64,000 nucleotides of DNA from Candidatus Eiseniibacteriota bacterium (GTDB lineage Bacteria > Eisenbacteria > RBG-16-71-46), in NCBI GenBank assembly GCA_963776245.1, contig CAVZLN010000004.1:64001-128000 (forward strand), read 5' to 3'. Below are positions 41,731 to 51,300 of this stretch, piece by piece. The notes below the pieces were generated by a model, which saw only the letters and a list, made by a program, of their open reading frames with translations, searched no databases and was not told the DNA's origin. Position 1 is the stretch's first letter, and every line of letters begins with the position of its first letter. Made by a program: the position numbers and the translations under genes.

Positions 41731-42888
41731 GTGACGATGATGCGGATCGCCGTGCTGGGCTCCACCGGTTCGATCGGCGTCCAGACGCTGGATGTCGCGG
41801 CGCGCGAGGCGGGGCGCCTGCGGGTGACCGGGCTGGGGACCGGCCATCGACTCGAGTCCCTGGTCGAGCAGACGCGGCGCTGGCAGCCCGAGGCGGTGGC
41901 GCTCGAATCGGCCTCCGATCCGGCGTCGGCGCGCACGGCGTTGCGCGCGGCCGCGCCGGGCGCCGAGGTCCGCGTCGGGGCCGGGGCGTGCGCGTGGCTC
42001 GCCGCCCACGCGTGCGCGGATGCGGTGGTGAACGGCATTGTGGGCGCGGCGGGGCTGGCGCCGTCCCTCGCGGCGCTCGGCGCCGGCCGGCGCCTGGCGC
42101 TCGCCAACAAGGAGTCGCTGGTGATCGGGGGCGCGCTGATCGAAGCGGCGCGCGCGCGCGGAGGCGGATCGCTGGTGCCGGTGGACAGCGAGCACAGCGC
42201 GGCGCTCCAGTGTCTCGGCGGCCGTCCGGCGGAGGAGGTCGAGTGCCTCACGCTGACCGCCTCCGGCGGTCCGCTGCGCCGCCACCCCGACTGGCGCGCG
42301 GCGACGCGCGCGGAGGCGCTGGCGCACCCGGTGTGGAGCATGGGGCCGCGCATCACGGTGGACTCGGCGCTGCTCTTCAACAAGGGACTCGAGCTGATCG
42401 AGGCGCACTGGCTGTTCGGCCTGCCCTGGGAGCGGCTCGACGCGGTCATCCATCCCCAGGCGGTGGTGCACGCGCTGGTGTCGTTCCGGGACGGCTCGAC
42501 GCTGATGCAGGCCGCGCACGCCGACATGCGGCTGCCGATCCAGCTCGCGCTCTCATGGCCCGAGCGCTGGGGCGAGTCGGTGCGCCCACTCGAGGTCGGG
42601 GCGCTCGCGGGGCTCGCGTTCGACCCCATCGAGCCCGGCGCGTTCCCGGCGTTCGAGCTCGCGCGGGCGGCCGGGCGCGCCGGCGGCACCGCGCCGTGCG
42701 CGCTGAACGCCGCGGACGAGGTGGCGGTGAACGCGTTCCTCGAGGGCGCGATCGCGCTCGGACGCGTCCCGGAGGTCGTGGCCGAGGTGATGGAGGCGCA
42801 CGCGAGCGCCCCGGTCGAGTCGCTCGAGCAGCTGGGGCAGGTCGACGCGTGGGCGCGCGCGGCCGCGCGCGCGCAGGTGACGCGGTGA
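41731..42888 (+). CDS. dxr: 1-deoxy-D-xylulose-5-phosphate reductoisomerase
   Basis: LGSTGSIG, LANKESLV, PVDSEHSA, LTASGGP, HP.WSMG.RITVDSA...NKGLE.IEA, DMRLPI. Confidence 0.96.
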   Translation: MTMMRIAVLGSTGSIGVQTLDVAAREAGRLRVTGLGTGHRLESLVEQTRRWQPEAVALESASDPASARTALRAAAPGAEVRVGAGACAWLAAHACADAVVNGIVGAAGLAPSLAALGAGRRLALANKESLVIGGALIEAARARGGGSLVPVDSEHSAALQCLGGRPAEEVECLTLTASGGPLRRHPDWRAATRAEALAHPVWSMGPRITVDSALLFNKGLELIEAHWLFGLPWERLDAVIHPQAVVHALVSFRDGSTLMQAAHADMRLPIQLALSWPERWGESVRPLEVGALAGLAFDPIEPGAFPAFELARAAGRAGGTAPCALNAADEVAVNAFLEGAIALGRVPEVVAEVMEAHASAPVESLEQLGQVDAWARAAARAQVTR

Positions 42889-42943
42889 GCGGGCCCGCGG
42901 TCGTTCGCGCCGTTCCGCGCGTCGTCCGCGCGAGGCGGGTAGA

Positions 42944-44047
42944 ATGACCGCGCAGCCGTCCGGTGACGCGCTCGTACGCGGCACGCGCGGGCCGCGCGCG
43001 GGGCGGGAGGAGGGCATCCTCGCGATCCGCCCGCGCGCGCTCGGTGACGTGGTGCTCGTCACGCCGGCCCTGCGGGCGCTCAAGCGCGGCGCTCCCGGGA
43101 CCTCGCTCGAGGTGGTGACCGAGGCGCGCTACGCTCCCCTGCTCGAGGGACTTCCCTTCGTGGACCGTGTCTGGACGCTGGAGCGCACCCTGGCGGGCAC
43201 GCTCTCCCTCGCCGCCGCGCTGCGGCGGAGACGCTGGCGCGTCGCGGTGGACTTCTTCGGCAATGCCCGCACGGCGCTGCTGACCCGCGCCAGCGGAGCG
43301 GGACTCACCGTGGGATACGACGTGCGCGGACGCGGTATGGCGTACATGCGGAAGGTCCCGCGTGCGGGGCTGCCCGCCGCGGGGGCGCCCGAGTACTCGG
43401 CCGCCACCCATCTGCGCCTGGCGCTGGCGGCGGGCGGGACCGACACGGGACTCGAGTGCGCCGTCGCGCTGGCCCCGGGCGCGGCGGAACGGGCCAGCGG
43501 GCTGCTGGCCGCCGCGGGCGTGAGGCGGCCCGCGCGCACGGTCGGGCTGGTCGCGGCCGGCACCTGGCCGACCAAGACGTGGCCCGCCTCGCACGCCGGA
43601 GTGCTGGCCCGCCGGCTGCTCGGGGCGGGCTGGGAAGTGGTGCTGCTGGCGGGCCCGGGCGAAGAGCGGGTCAGCGCGACGGTGCGCGGCATCGCTCCCG
43701 GCGTGGCGGTCCTGCCGCCCTGCGATGTCGCCGGCCTGGTGGCGGTGATCGCGGTGCTCGGCGCGGTGGTGGGCACCGACAGCGGTCCTCGTCACGTCGC
43801 CGCGGCGCTCGGCGTCCCGACCTTCGCATGGTTCGGTCCCACCCATCCGGCAGGCTGGACCCCGCCGGGGCCCGCGCACGCCTACTGGTGGACGGAGCTG
43901 CCCTGCCGGGGTTGCGATCGCACCACCTGCACCCACTGGAACTGCCTGCCCTCGCTCGCCCCGGCCGCGGCCGCGGAGCGGGTGCTGGCGCACCTGGAGA
44001 GCCATGGACGAATCGGCGCCGATCACGGTCCTGCTGCTCGCGCGTGA
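42944..44047 (+). CDS. Glycosyltransferase family 9 (heptosyltransferase-like)
   Basis: ILAIR..ALGDVVL.TP, K.WP, DSGP.H.AAALGVPT...FGPT, C-terminal CxxC-x3-C-x4-C. Confidence 0.88.
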   Translation: MTAQPSGDALVRGTRGPRAGREEGILAIRPRALGDVVLVTPALRALKRGAPGTSLEVVTEARYAPLLEGLPFVDRVWTLERTLAGTLSLAAALRRRRWRVAVDFFGNARTALLTRASGAGLTVGYDVRGRGMAYMRKVPRAGLPAAGAPEYSAATHLRLALAAGGTDTGLECAVALAPGAAERASGLLAAAGVRRPARTVGLVAAGTWPTKTWPASHAGVLARRLLGAGWEVVLLAGPGEERVSATVRGIAPGVAVLPPCDVAGLVAVIAVLGAVVGTDSGPRHVAAALGVPTFAWFGPTHPAGWTPPGPAHAYWWTELPCRGCDRTTCTHWNCLPSLAPAAAAERVLAHLESHGRIGADHGPAARA

Positions 44048-44774
44048 CGAGACGCGTCACCTCGAGGCGCTGCTGCCGACCCTCGGCTTCGCGCGCGAGG
44101 TCGTCGTGGTGTGGGACAGCGCGGGGACTGCGGACACCCGCGCGGTGGCGGAACGTGCGGGTGCGCGGGTGTTCAGCCGCGCGCTCGACGGCTTCGGTCC
44201 GCAGCGCCGCTTCGCGCTCGAGCAGTGCACCCAGCCGTGGGTGCTGTGGATCGACGCCGACGAGCGGCTGGATGCCGCGGCGGTCGCGGCGGTGCGCCGC
44301 ACGGTGGCGGAACCGGCGGGCGCGGTCGGGTTCGAGATCCTGCGGCGCACCTGGTTCCTGGGGCGTCGGATCCGTTTCTGCGGGTGGCGGAACGACCACG
44401 TGCTGCGGCTGTTCCGCCGCGACTGCGCGAGCTTCGACGACGCGCGGGTGCACGAGCGCGTCGCCGTGCGTGGCGGGGCCATCGGACCGCGGCTCGACGG
44501 CGTGCTCGAGCACTTCAGCTACCAGACCTGGGACGACTGCACGGAGAAGCTGACGCTCTACGCGCGGGCCGGTGCGGAGCAGGCCTGGCGCGCGGGGCGG
44601 CGGGCCGGCCCGTTGGGTGTGTTGCTGCGCCCGGCCGCGCGCTTCGTGCGGCAGTACGTCCTGCAGGGGGGGTTCCTCGACGGGACGCGCGGCCTGCTGG
44701 TGTGCGCGCTCGCCGCCACCCAGGTGTTCCTGAAGTACGCGGAACTGTGGTCCCGGTCGCGGCGCGCCGAGTGA
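44004..44774 (+). CDS. Glycosyltransferase family 2 (WaaE/KdtX-like LPS glucosyltransferase)
   Basis: GFGPQRRFAL, WVLWIDADE, LRLFRR, VHE, LEHFSY, Y.L..GFLDG..G. Confidence 0.88.
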   Translation: MDESAPITVLLLARDETRHLEALLPTLGFAREVVVVWDSAGTADTRAVAERAGARVFSRALDGFGPQRRFALEQCTQPWVLWIDADERLDAAAVAAVRRTVAEPAGAVGFEILRRTWFLGRRIRFCGWRNDHVLRLFRRDCASFDDARVHERVAVRGGAIGPRLDGVLEHFSYQTWDDCTEKLTLYARAGAEQAWRAGRRAGPLGVLLRPAARFVRQYVLQGGFLDGTRGLLVCALAATQVFLKYAELWSRSRRAE

Positions 44775-44886
44775 GCGGGCGCCCGATGGCCGGTCCCGGA
44801 CGCGGGGCAGGAGCCGGCTCGGAGCGCTGGCCCGCGTCTCGCTAGTCCGATCGAGCGCTCCTGTCGAGGCTCGTGACGGCGCGTCC

Positions 44887-44916
44887 TTGACGCTCCTTCA
44901 AGGCTGGGAGTAGTTT
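44887..44916 (+). promoter_or_regulatory. Promoter for the rseP-tamA-tamB cluster
   Basis: TTGACG-N18-TAGTTT. Confidence 0.6.
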
Positions 44917-44950
44917 GGCGAACACCTTCCCACTCAAGGAGTTGCCATTC

Positions 44951-46357
44951 ATGTCGGATGCCTTCCAGCAGCTTCCACCACTGGTCCGAACCGTGGTCCC
45001 CGGAGTGGTCGTGCTGGGCCTGGTGATCTTCGTGCACGAGCTCGGCCACTTCCTCGCCGCCAAGTCGTGCAAAGTGAAGGTGCTCGCCTTCGCGCTCGGC
45101 TTCGGGCCGCGGCTGTTCGGATGGGTGCGGGGCGGGACGGACTACAAGGTGCTGGCCGTGCCGCTGGGCGGGTTCGTGCAGATGGCGGGGGACGCGCCGC
45201 TCGAGGACGGCCGCATGCCCGAGGGTCGGGAGCAGTTCCTGTCCCACCCATGGCCGGGGCGGGCCTGGATCGCGCTCGCGGGCCCGCTGGCCAATCTGGT
45301 GACGGCATTCCTGACGCTGGTGGTGGTGGCGTACGTCACCGGCATGACGTTCGCGGACTCGCCGAACGTGCTGGGCACCACCGCCGACACCAGTGCCGCG
45401 TACGCGGCCGGCTTGCGCGAGGGAGACCGGATCGTGGCGCTCGACGGCGCTTCCACGGCTTCCTGGGTGGCCATCTTCCAGGCCAACGAGCGCGCCCGGA
45501 AGGACCGGCCCGCCGCGCTCGCCGTGGAGCGCGCGGGGGAGCGCCTCGAGGTGACCGTCCCGCCGGCGGAGCGCGAGCGCGTGCTGATGTCCCTGCGCCC
45601 GGTGGCCGACCCGCCGGTGATCGGGATGGTGGTGGCGGGGATGCCGGCGTACAAGGCGGGGCTCCAGGAGGGCGATCGTGTCCTCGCGGTGGATGGCCGC
45701 GCGGTCCAGGTCTGGTCCGATCTTCCGCAGGCGCTGCGCGGCCGGGTCGACAGCAGCGTGACGCTCAGGCTCCTGCGCGGCGACCAGGCCTTCGAGGTGA
45801 AGGTGAAGCCGATGTCGGACGGCAGCGGCGGCGATCGCGGGCTGATCGGCATCGAGGCGCCACGCCACGATGTGTTCGTCCAGCGCTACGGGCTGGTCGA
45901 GTCGCTGCGGTTCGGGGTCCTGGCGACCGGGCAGGTGGTGGCGAACGTGTACGGCGGGCTGTGGATGACCATCGCCCGTCCGCTCTACTACCGGGAGTAC
46001 ATGGGCGGTCCCCTGTTCATCGCCCAGGCGGCCAGCCAGCAGGCCCGCCGCGGCCTCGACGCGCTGCTCCAGTTCTTCGCCACCATCAACGTGGCCATCA
46101 TGGCGTTCAACCTGATGCCGCTGCCGGTGCTGGATGGCGGTCACATCCTGCTGGCGCTGTTCCAGGCGGTGCGCCGGCGCGCGCTCTCGGCCCGGGCCTA
46201 CATGCGATTCCAGAAGGTCGGGCTGGTGGTGCTGGGCACCCTGTTCGTCATCATCCTCGCCAACGACCCGCTGCGCCTGCTCCAGCGCCAGCGCGCCCTG
46301 AACCGCGGGCCGCAGACGGTCCCGCACGAGCGGACGGTTGCGCCCCCGGCGCGCTGA
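44951..46357 (+). CDS. rseP: RIP metalloprotease RseP
   Basis: HELGHF, F..GFGP, PLGGFV.M, AGP.AN, two PDZ domains, FNL.PLPVLDGGH. Confidence 0.95.
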   Translation: MSDAFQQLPPLVRTVVPGVVVLGLVIFVHELGHFLAAKSCKVKVLAFALGFGPRLFGWVRGGTDYKVLAVPLGGFVQMAGDAPLEDGRMPEGREQFLSHPWPGRAWIALAGPLANLVTAFLTLVVVAYVTGMTFADSPNVLGTTADTSAAYAAGLREGDRIVALDGASTASWVAIFQANERARKDRPAALAVERAGERLEVTVPPAERERVLMSLRPVADPPVIGMVVAGMPAYKAGLQEGDRVLAVDGRAVQVWSDLPQALRGRVDSSVTLRLLRGDQAFEVKVKPMSDGSGGDRGLIGIEAPRHDVFVQRYGLVESLRFGVLATGQVVANVYGGLWMTIARPLYYREYMGGPLFIAQAASQQARRGLDALLQFFATINVAIMAFNLMPLPVLDGGHILLALFQAVRRRALSARAYMRFQKVGLVVLGTLFVIILANDPLRLLQRQRALNRGPQTVPHERTVAPPAR

Positions 46358-48335
46358 CGCGGGGCCCCGTCGCCAGCGGTTCCGCGCGTTCGCCGTCGCC
46401 CTGATCGCGCTGTCGCTCGAGGGCGCGCCCGCCCACGCCCAGGTCCCCTTCCCGACCGAGTTGCAGACGGTGTCGCGCGTGCGCTTCGAGGGCCGCCACG
46501 CCGTCACCCCGCGCGAGCTCGTCGCGGCGATGAAGACCAAGCCACCGGCGCTATGGCCCTGGCGCGAGCACCCGCGGCTGCGGCGCGACTTCCTGCGCGC
46601 CGACACGCTGGCGATCGAGATGCTCTACCGCCAGCACGGCTTCCTCGACGCCCGGGCCTCGGCGGTGGTGACGTCCGAGCGGCGCAATCCGCGCCGGGCG
46701 GTGATCACGTTCCGGATCACGGAGGGGCGCCGCATGCGCATCCGCGCCGTGACCTTCACCGGCACCGCGGCGGTGACGCCGGAGGTGCTGAGGCGGCTGG
46801 TGTACGCGCGGCCCGGCCGCGCCTTCAATCCCGCGTACCTGGTGGCAGACACGGCGCGGATCGCCGACGCCTATCAGGAGCGCGGCCACCTCGCGCACGC
46901 CAGCGCGTCGGCGGAGCGCGAGTCCCTCGGGGTGACCGTGCGCTACTCCATCCTCGAGGGCCCGCTCTACACGGTGGGGCGGGTGTACGTCTCGAGCCCG
47001 GGCGTGGTGCGGGTCGACTCGAGCCTGGTGCGTCGCGAGCTGCTGCTGCGCGAGGGTGACGCCTACCGGAAGTCCCGGGTCGAGCGCTCGCTCGAGCGGC
47101 TGTACGGCACCGGCCTGTTCGGCCAGGCGCAGATCTCGGCGCTGCCGGACTCGGCGCGACGCGTCATCGATTTCGACCTGCGGGTGGTGGAACGCAAGCC
47201 GCGCTGGCTCGACGCCGGCGTCGGCAGCGGCTCCGCCGAGCGCTTCCGCTTCACCGGCGAGTGGGGGCATCGCAATCTCGCGGGGCAGGGCCTCAACGGG
47301 GTGCTCGGCTCGCGGGTCGCCTTCGACGACCGCGGGAAGTTCCTGCTCACGCGCACCACAGCGTCGCTGGTCCAGCCGTGGCTGTTCGGGACCCGCACCC
47401 GCGGCGGCATCTCGCTCTACTTCGAGCGCCGCGACGACCGGGCGGACGACCGCTGGATCGTGGGACAGGACGCCAAGGGCATCGCGTTCCAGGCGTATCG
47501 CGAGCTCGGGCGCCGCGGCCGCATCAGCATCACCCAGGACAACGTGTTCGTGATGCAGCACGTCACGTTCGACCTGCAGCGCCTGCGCAACGCGGGAGTC
47601 GTGCTGCCGGACACCACGCTCGACTCGCTGTTCGCCGCCGTGAAGCCCTCGTACGCCACCCACCGCCTCACCTTGAGCGGACTGCGCGACCGCCGTGACG
47701 ACCCTCTGATGGCCACTCGCGGATCGGCGCAGGTGCTGAGTGCGGAGATCGCCGGCGGCCCCCTCCAGGGCGCCAGCAGTTTCACCAAGGGCGTGCTGGC
47801 GTCCTCGTGGTACACGCCGTTCGCCAATGGCTGGGTGCTCGCCACCCGCGCCAGCGGCGGAGCCATCCGGCCGTTCGGCAAGGACCGCCGGTTCACGCCC
47901 GGCCTGGGCATCGATCCCGAGGTGGCGCGGGTGCCGCTCGAGAACCGGTTCCGCATCGGCGGGGTGAACTCCGTGCGCGGGTTCCGGGAGAACGAACTGA
48001 CGCCCTCCGGCGGGCTCGCCATGGCACTGGCCGGAGCCGAGCTGCGGGTGCCGGTGGCGGGTCCCTTCGGGATCGAGGTGTTCGTGGACACCGGAAACGT
48101 CTGGGCCCAGCCCGGACACGTGAAATGGAAGCACTTCGTGCCGAGTCGCGGTCGCAGCGTGCCCGACCCCGGCGACCTGCGCACCGTGTTCGGCGCCGGC
48201 GGCACGCTGCTGCTGCCCTTCGGCCCGCTGCGGGTGGATCTCGCCTGGAGCGCGCGGCCGGTGGGCGCGGACGCCGCCGGCCGGCCGGTGTGGCTGGTGT
48301 GCGAGCCCCAGTTCGCCATCGGACCTTCGTTCTGA
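46338..48335 (+). CDS. Omp85 family outer-membrane protein (TamA/BamA-like, about 3 POTRA domains)
   Basis: Signal peptide, POTRA-like repeats ('YRQHGFLDA', 'YQERGH', 'LYGTGLF'), 'HRNL.G.G', 'RF.IGG.NSVRGF', 'FGPLRVD', C-terminal 'FAIGPSF'. Confidence 0.88.
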   Translation: MRPRRADAGPRRQRFRAFAVALIALSLEGAPAHAQVPFPTELQTVSRVRFEGRHAVTPRELVAAMKTKPPALWPWREHPRLRRDFLRADTLAIEMLYRQHGFLDARASAVVTSERRNPRRAVITFRITEGRRMRIRAVTFTGTAAVTPEVLRRLVYARPGRAFNPAYLVADTARIADAYQERGHLAHASASAERESLGVTVRYSILEGPLYTVGRVYVSSPGVVRVDSSLVRRELLLREGDAYRKSRVERSLERLYGTGLFGQAQISALPDSARRVIDFDLRVVERKPRWLDAGVGSGSAERFRFTGEWGHRNLAGQGLNGVLGSRVAFDDRGKFLLTRTTASLVQPWLFGTRTRGGISLYFERRDDRADDRWIVGQDAKGIAFQAYRELGRRGRISITQDNVFVMQHVTFDLQRLRNAGVVLPDTTLDSLFAAVKPSYATHRLTLSGLRDRRDDPLMATRGSAQVLSAEIAGGPLQGASSFTKGVLASSWYTPFANGWVLATRASGGAIRPFGKDRRFTPGLGIDPEVARVPLENRFRIGGVNSVRGFRENELTPSGGLAMALAGAELRVPVAGPFGIEVFVDTGNVWAQPGHVKWKHFVPSRGRSVPDPGDLRTVFGAGGTLLLPFGPLRVDLAWSARPVGADAAGRPVWLVCEPQFAIGPSF

Positions 48336-48337
48336 CG

Positions 48338-51300
48338 ATGACCCGCCCGCCCGATCCGCACCCGCCCGCACCCGGTGAGCCGGGTCCCGAGCCCCACGAG
48401 CACCACGGTCTCGCGGAGGAGATCCGCGAGGAGATCGCGGAGGTGGTCGAGCACGTCCCCCGGCCGGTGAGGTGGACGGTCGCGCGGATCGTGTGGCTCG
48501 TGGTGGCGGGCATCGTGCTGGTGCTGGGGGTGGCGGTGGTGACCGGGATCCTCTACGTCACCCGCCGCACCGAGTGGGTGGCGCAGGAGCTGAGCCTGTT
48601 CGTCAATCACACTCTCACCGCGCGCAGCGACGTCACCGTCGAGCTGAAGGACGTGCGCGGCGACCCGTTCGGCGACCTGACCCTGGTCCAGCCCCGGATC
48701 CGCTTCCGGGACGGCGACCTGCCGCCGCTCCTCGCGGCGGACCGGATCGTGCTCGGGTATTCCGCGTGGGCGCTGCTCACCGGCCGGGAGCGGTCGCTGG
48801 AGGTGCGGGTGGAGCACCCGACCGTGCGGATCTCGCGCGGGAAGGACGGGCACATCCGGTGGCCGAGATGGGAGGCGGGCCCGCGCGGCCCGGCGGGCAA
48901 GCCGGTGGACGTGCGGGTGATGGTGCACGGCGGACGCGTGGTCGCGCCCGCCGGCCTCGAAGGGGTCGAGGGAGTGGAGCTCGAGGTCGGCGTGCGCACC
49001 GGGAAGGTGCTGCGCGCGCGCGTATCGCACCTGTCGTGGACGCACGGCCCGTTCGGCGCAGTCCTCGAAGCGCTGCGCGCCGACGCGGTGGTGGACGACA
49101 GCGTGCGCGTCACGGTGGCCGAGCTGCGCGGCCCCGAGCTGGCACTGAGCGGGCGCGCCGCGTGGGCGCGCACGGGCACCGAGAAGACCGTCCATCTCGA
49201 CGTGACCCGGCTGCGCTGGGGGCTGCTCGCGCGGGTGTTCAAGAACCGCGCGCTGGAGGTCCCGGGCGAGGGCGCGCTCACGCTCGACGCGCGCGGCGAC
49301 CGGAAGTGGCGGGGGGACTTCCGCAGCGCGCTGACGTGGAACGGGCTCGCGGCGGCGGGCACCGGGACCGGCACCTGGGACGGCACCCACCTGCGCCTCG
49401 AGCCGCTCGACATGGACTCGAAGGCAGGAGCGCTGCGCGGCTGGCTCACCTACGTGAAGGAGGGCTGGGCGATCGGGGGCGACGTGGAGCGCGGCGACCC
49501 GGCGCAGTGGGGGGCGATCCGGATCCCGGGCTGGCCCGCGGGCGATCTGAACGGACGCTTCCACTACGCGGTGGACACCCGGGTGAAGGGCCGGGCGTCG
49601 TCGCGCCTCGACGCGAGTCTCGGCGGCTCGCTGCTGGCCGGATGGCGCGTGGACAGCGCGCGCGTCGGAGTGGACTTCCCCTACCGCATGCCGGTGCGCT
49701 TCACCGTCGAGACGCAGCGCCGCGGCGGAGGGTTCGGCCTGGTGGCGGCGACCACGGCGTCGGGATGGGGTGGCACGTACGTGGTGCACGATCTGCCGCT
49801 CGAGGAGTGGCCGGACGGGCGGGCCTCGGGCCTGCGCGGGATGCTGAGGCAGGGTTCGGGGACCGTGCGCGCCGATTCCCTGGGGCTGTTCGTGACCGGT
49901 GCGCTCGACGGCACGGGCACCACCTGGCTCGGCATGCAGAGCGCCCGCTGGCGGCTCGACGGCGTCGATGGACGGCTGCTTCCGACCCCCCAGCTCGGCG
50001 CCACCGCGCACCTGCGCGACGTGATGTACCTGGGTGCGCACTTCGACAGCGCCGCGGTGGCGTTCGCGCTCGGGGATCGGATGGTGGCGCTCAACCAGGT
50101 CCGAGCCGAGGCCGCGGACACGGTGGTGGTGGCGGATGGACACGCGCGCTGGGACCGGGACCGGTGGGCGCTCGACCTCGACCATGCCGAGGCGCGGAGC
50201 GCTCAGTTCGGATGGAAGGCCGATCCTCCGGTGCGCCTCGCGGGCGACCCGAAGGGGGTGGACTTCCTGCGTCTCGAAGCGCGCGACGGCGACGCGCGAC
50301 TGAGGATCGCGGGGCGCTGGGCGGCCCCGGGCGGGACCTACGATTGGGACTTCAGCGGCACCCACCTCCAGCTGGGCCGGCTCGGGCTCCCGCTGGAGTG
50401 GGGGCTCACGGGCAGCGCCGCGGTCCGCCTCGAGGTGCGCGGCGTGCCGGGGGATCCGCGCTGGACCTTGATCGCCGACGCCTCGCGCCCGGGCATGCGC
50501 GGGCACGCCGCGGACTCCGTGCACGTGACCCTCGCGGGCGGGCCTTCGCGCGCCGAGCTGCGCGATGGACGGTTCGAGCTCGGGGAGGGACGGCTGGCCG
50601 GCACGCTGAAGTTCAGCGGCACCCCGGCGCCCTGGCCCGATACGCTCACCGCCGCGGGCGTGACCCGCTGGCTCGCCACCGCGACGCGGTGGGAAGGGAC
50701 ATTCCACGCCGACCGCCTGCCGGTGGAGCGGGTCCAGGCGTTCGTCCCCGACGCGCGGGGATTCGCGGGGGCGCTCACCGGGACGCTCGAGGTCGGGGGC
50801 GGGCCCTCGCGGCCGGAGCTGACGCTCGACGCGTCGGTCCGGGAGCCGCGCTGGCGGGACTTCGTGGCCGAGGACCTGCATGCCGTGGCGGGCTACCGCG
50901 ACGGCCGGCTGACGGTCCGCTCGCTGCGGCTGTCGCAGCGCACGTTGTCCTCGGAGATCAACGGTTCGATGCCGCTCCGGCTCGCGCTCGGCCGGCCGGT
51001 CGAAGTGCCGGAGGACTCCATGTCGTGGCGGCTCGCCATGCCCGTGGGCGACCTCGGGCTGGTGCCCCTGTTCGTCCCCCAGGTGGCGTCGGCGCGCGGA
51101 CGGTTCGACGCCCAGGCGAGTGTGCAGGGGAGCGCGCGGCACCCGCGGCTGTCGGGCTTCGCGCGGATCCGGGACGGAGCGGTGAGGCTCGAAGGGCGCG
51201 AGGAGGTGCTGGAGGGGCTCACCGCCGACCTGCACTTCAGCGAGTCGCGCATCAACGTGGACTCGCTGGTCGCGCGCCAGGGCGCGCGCGGGCGCGTGGC

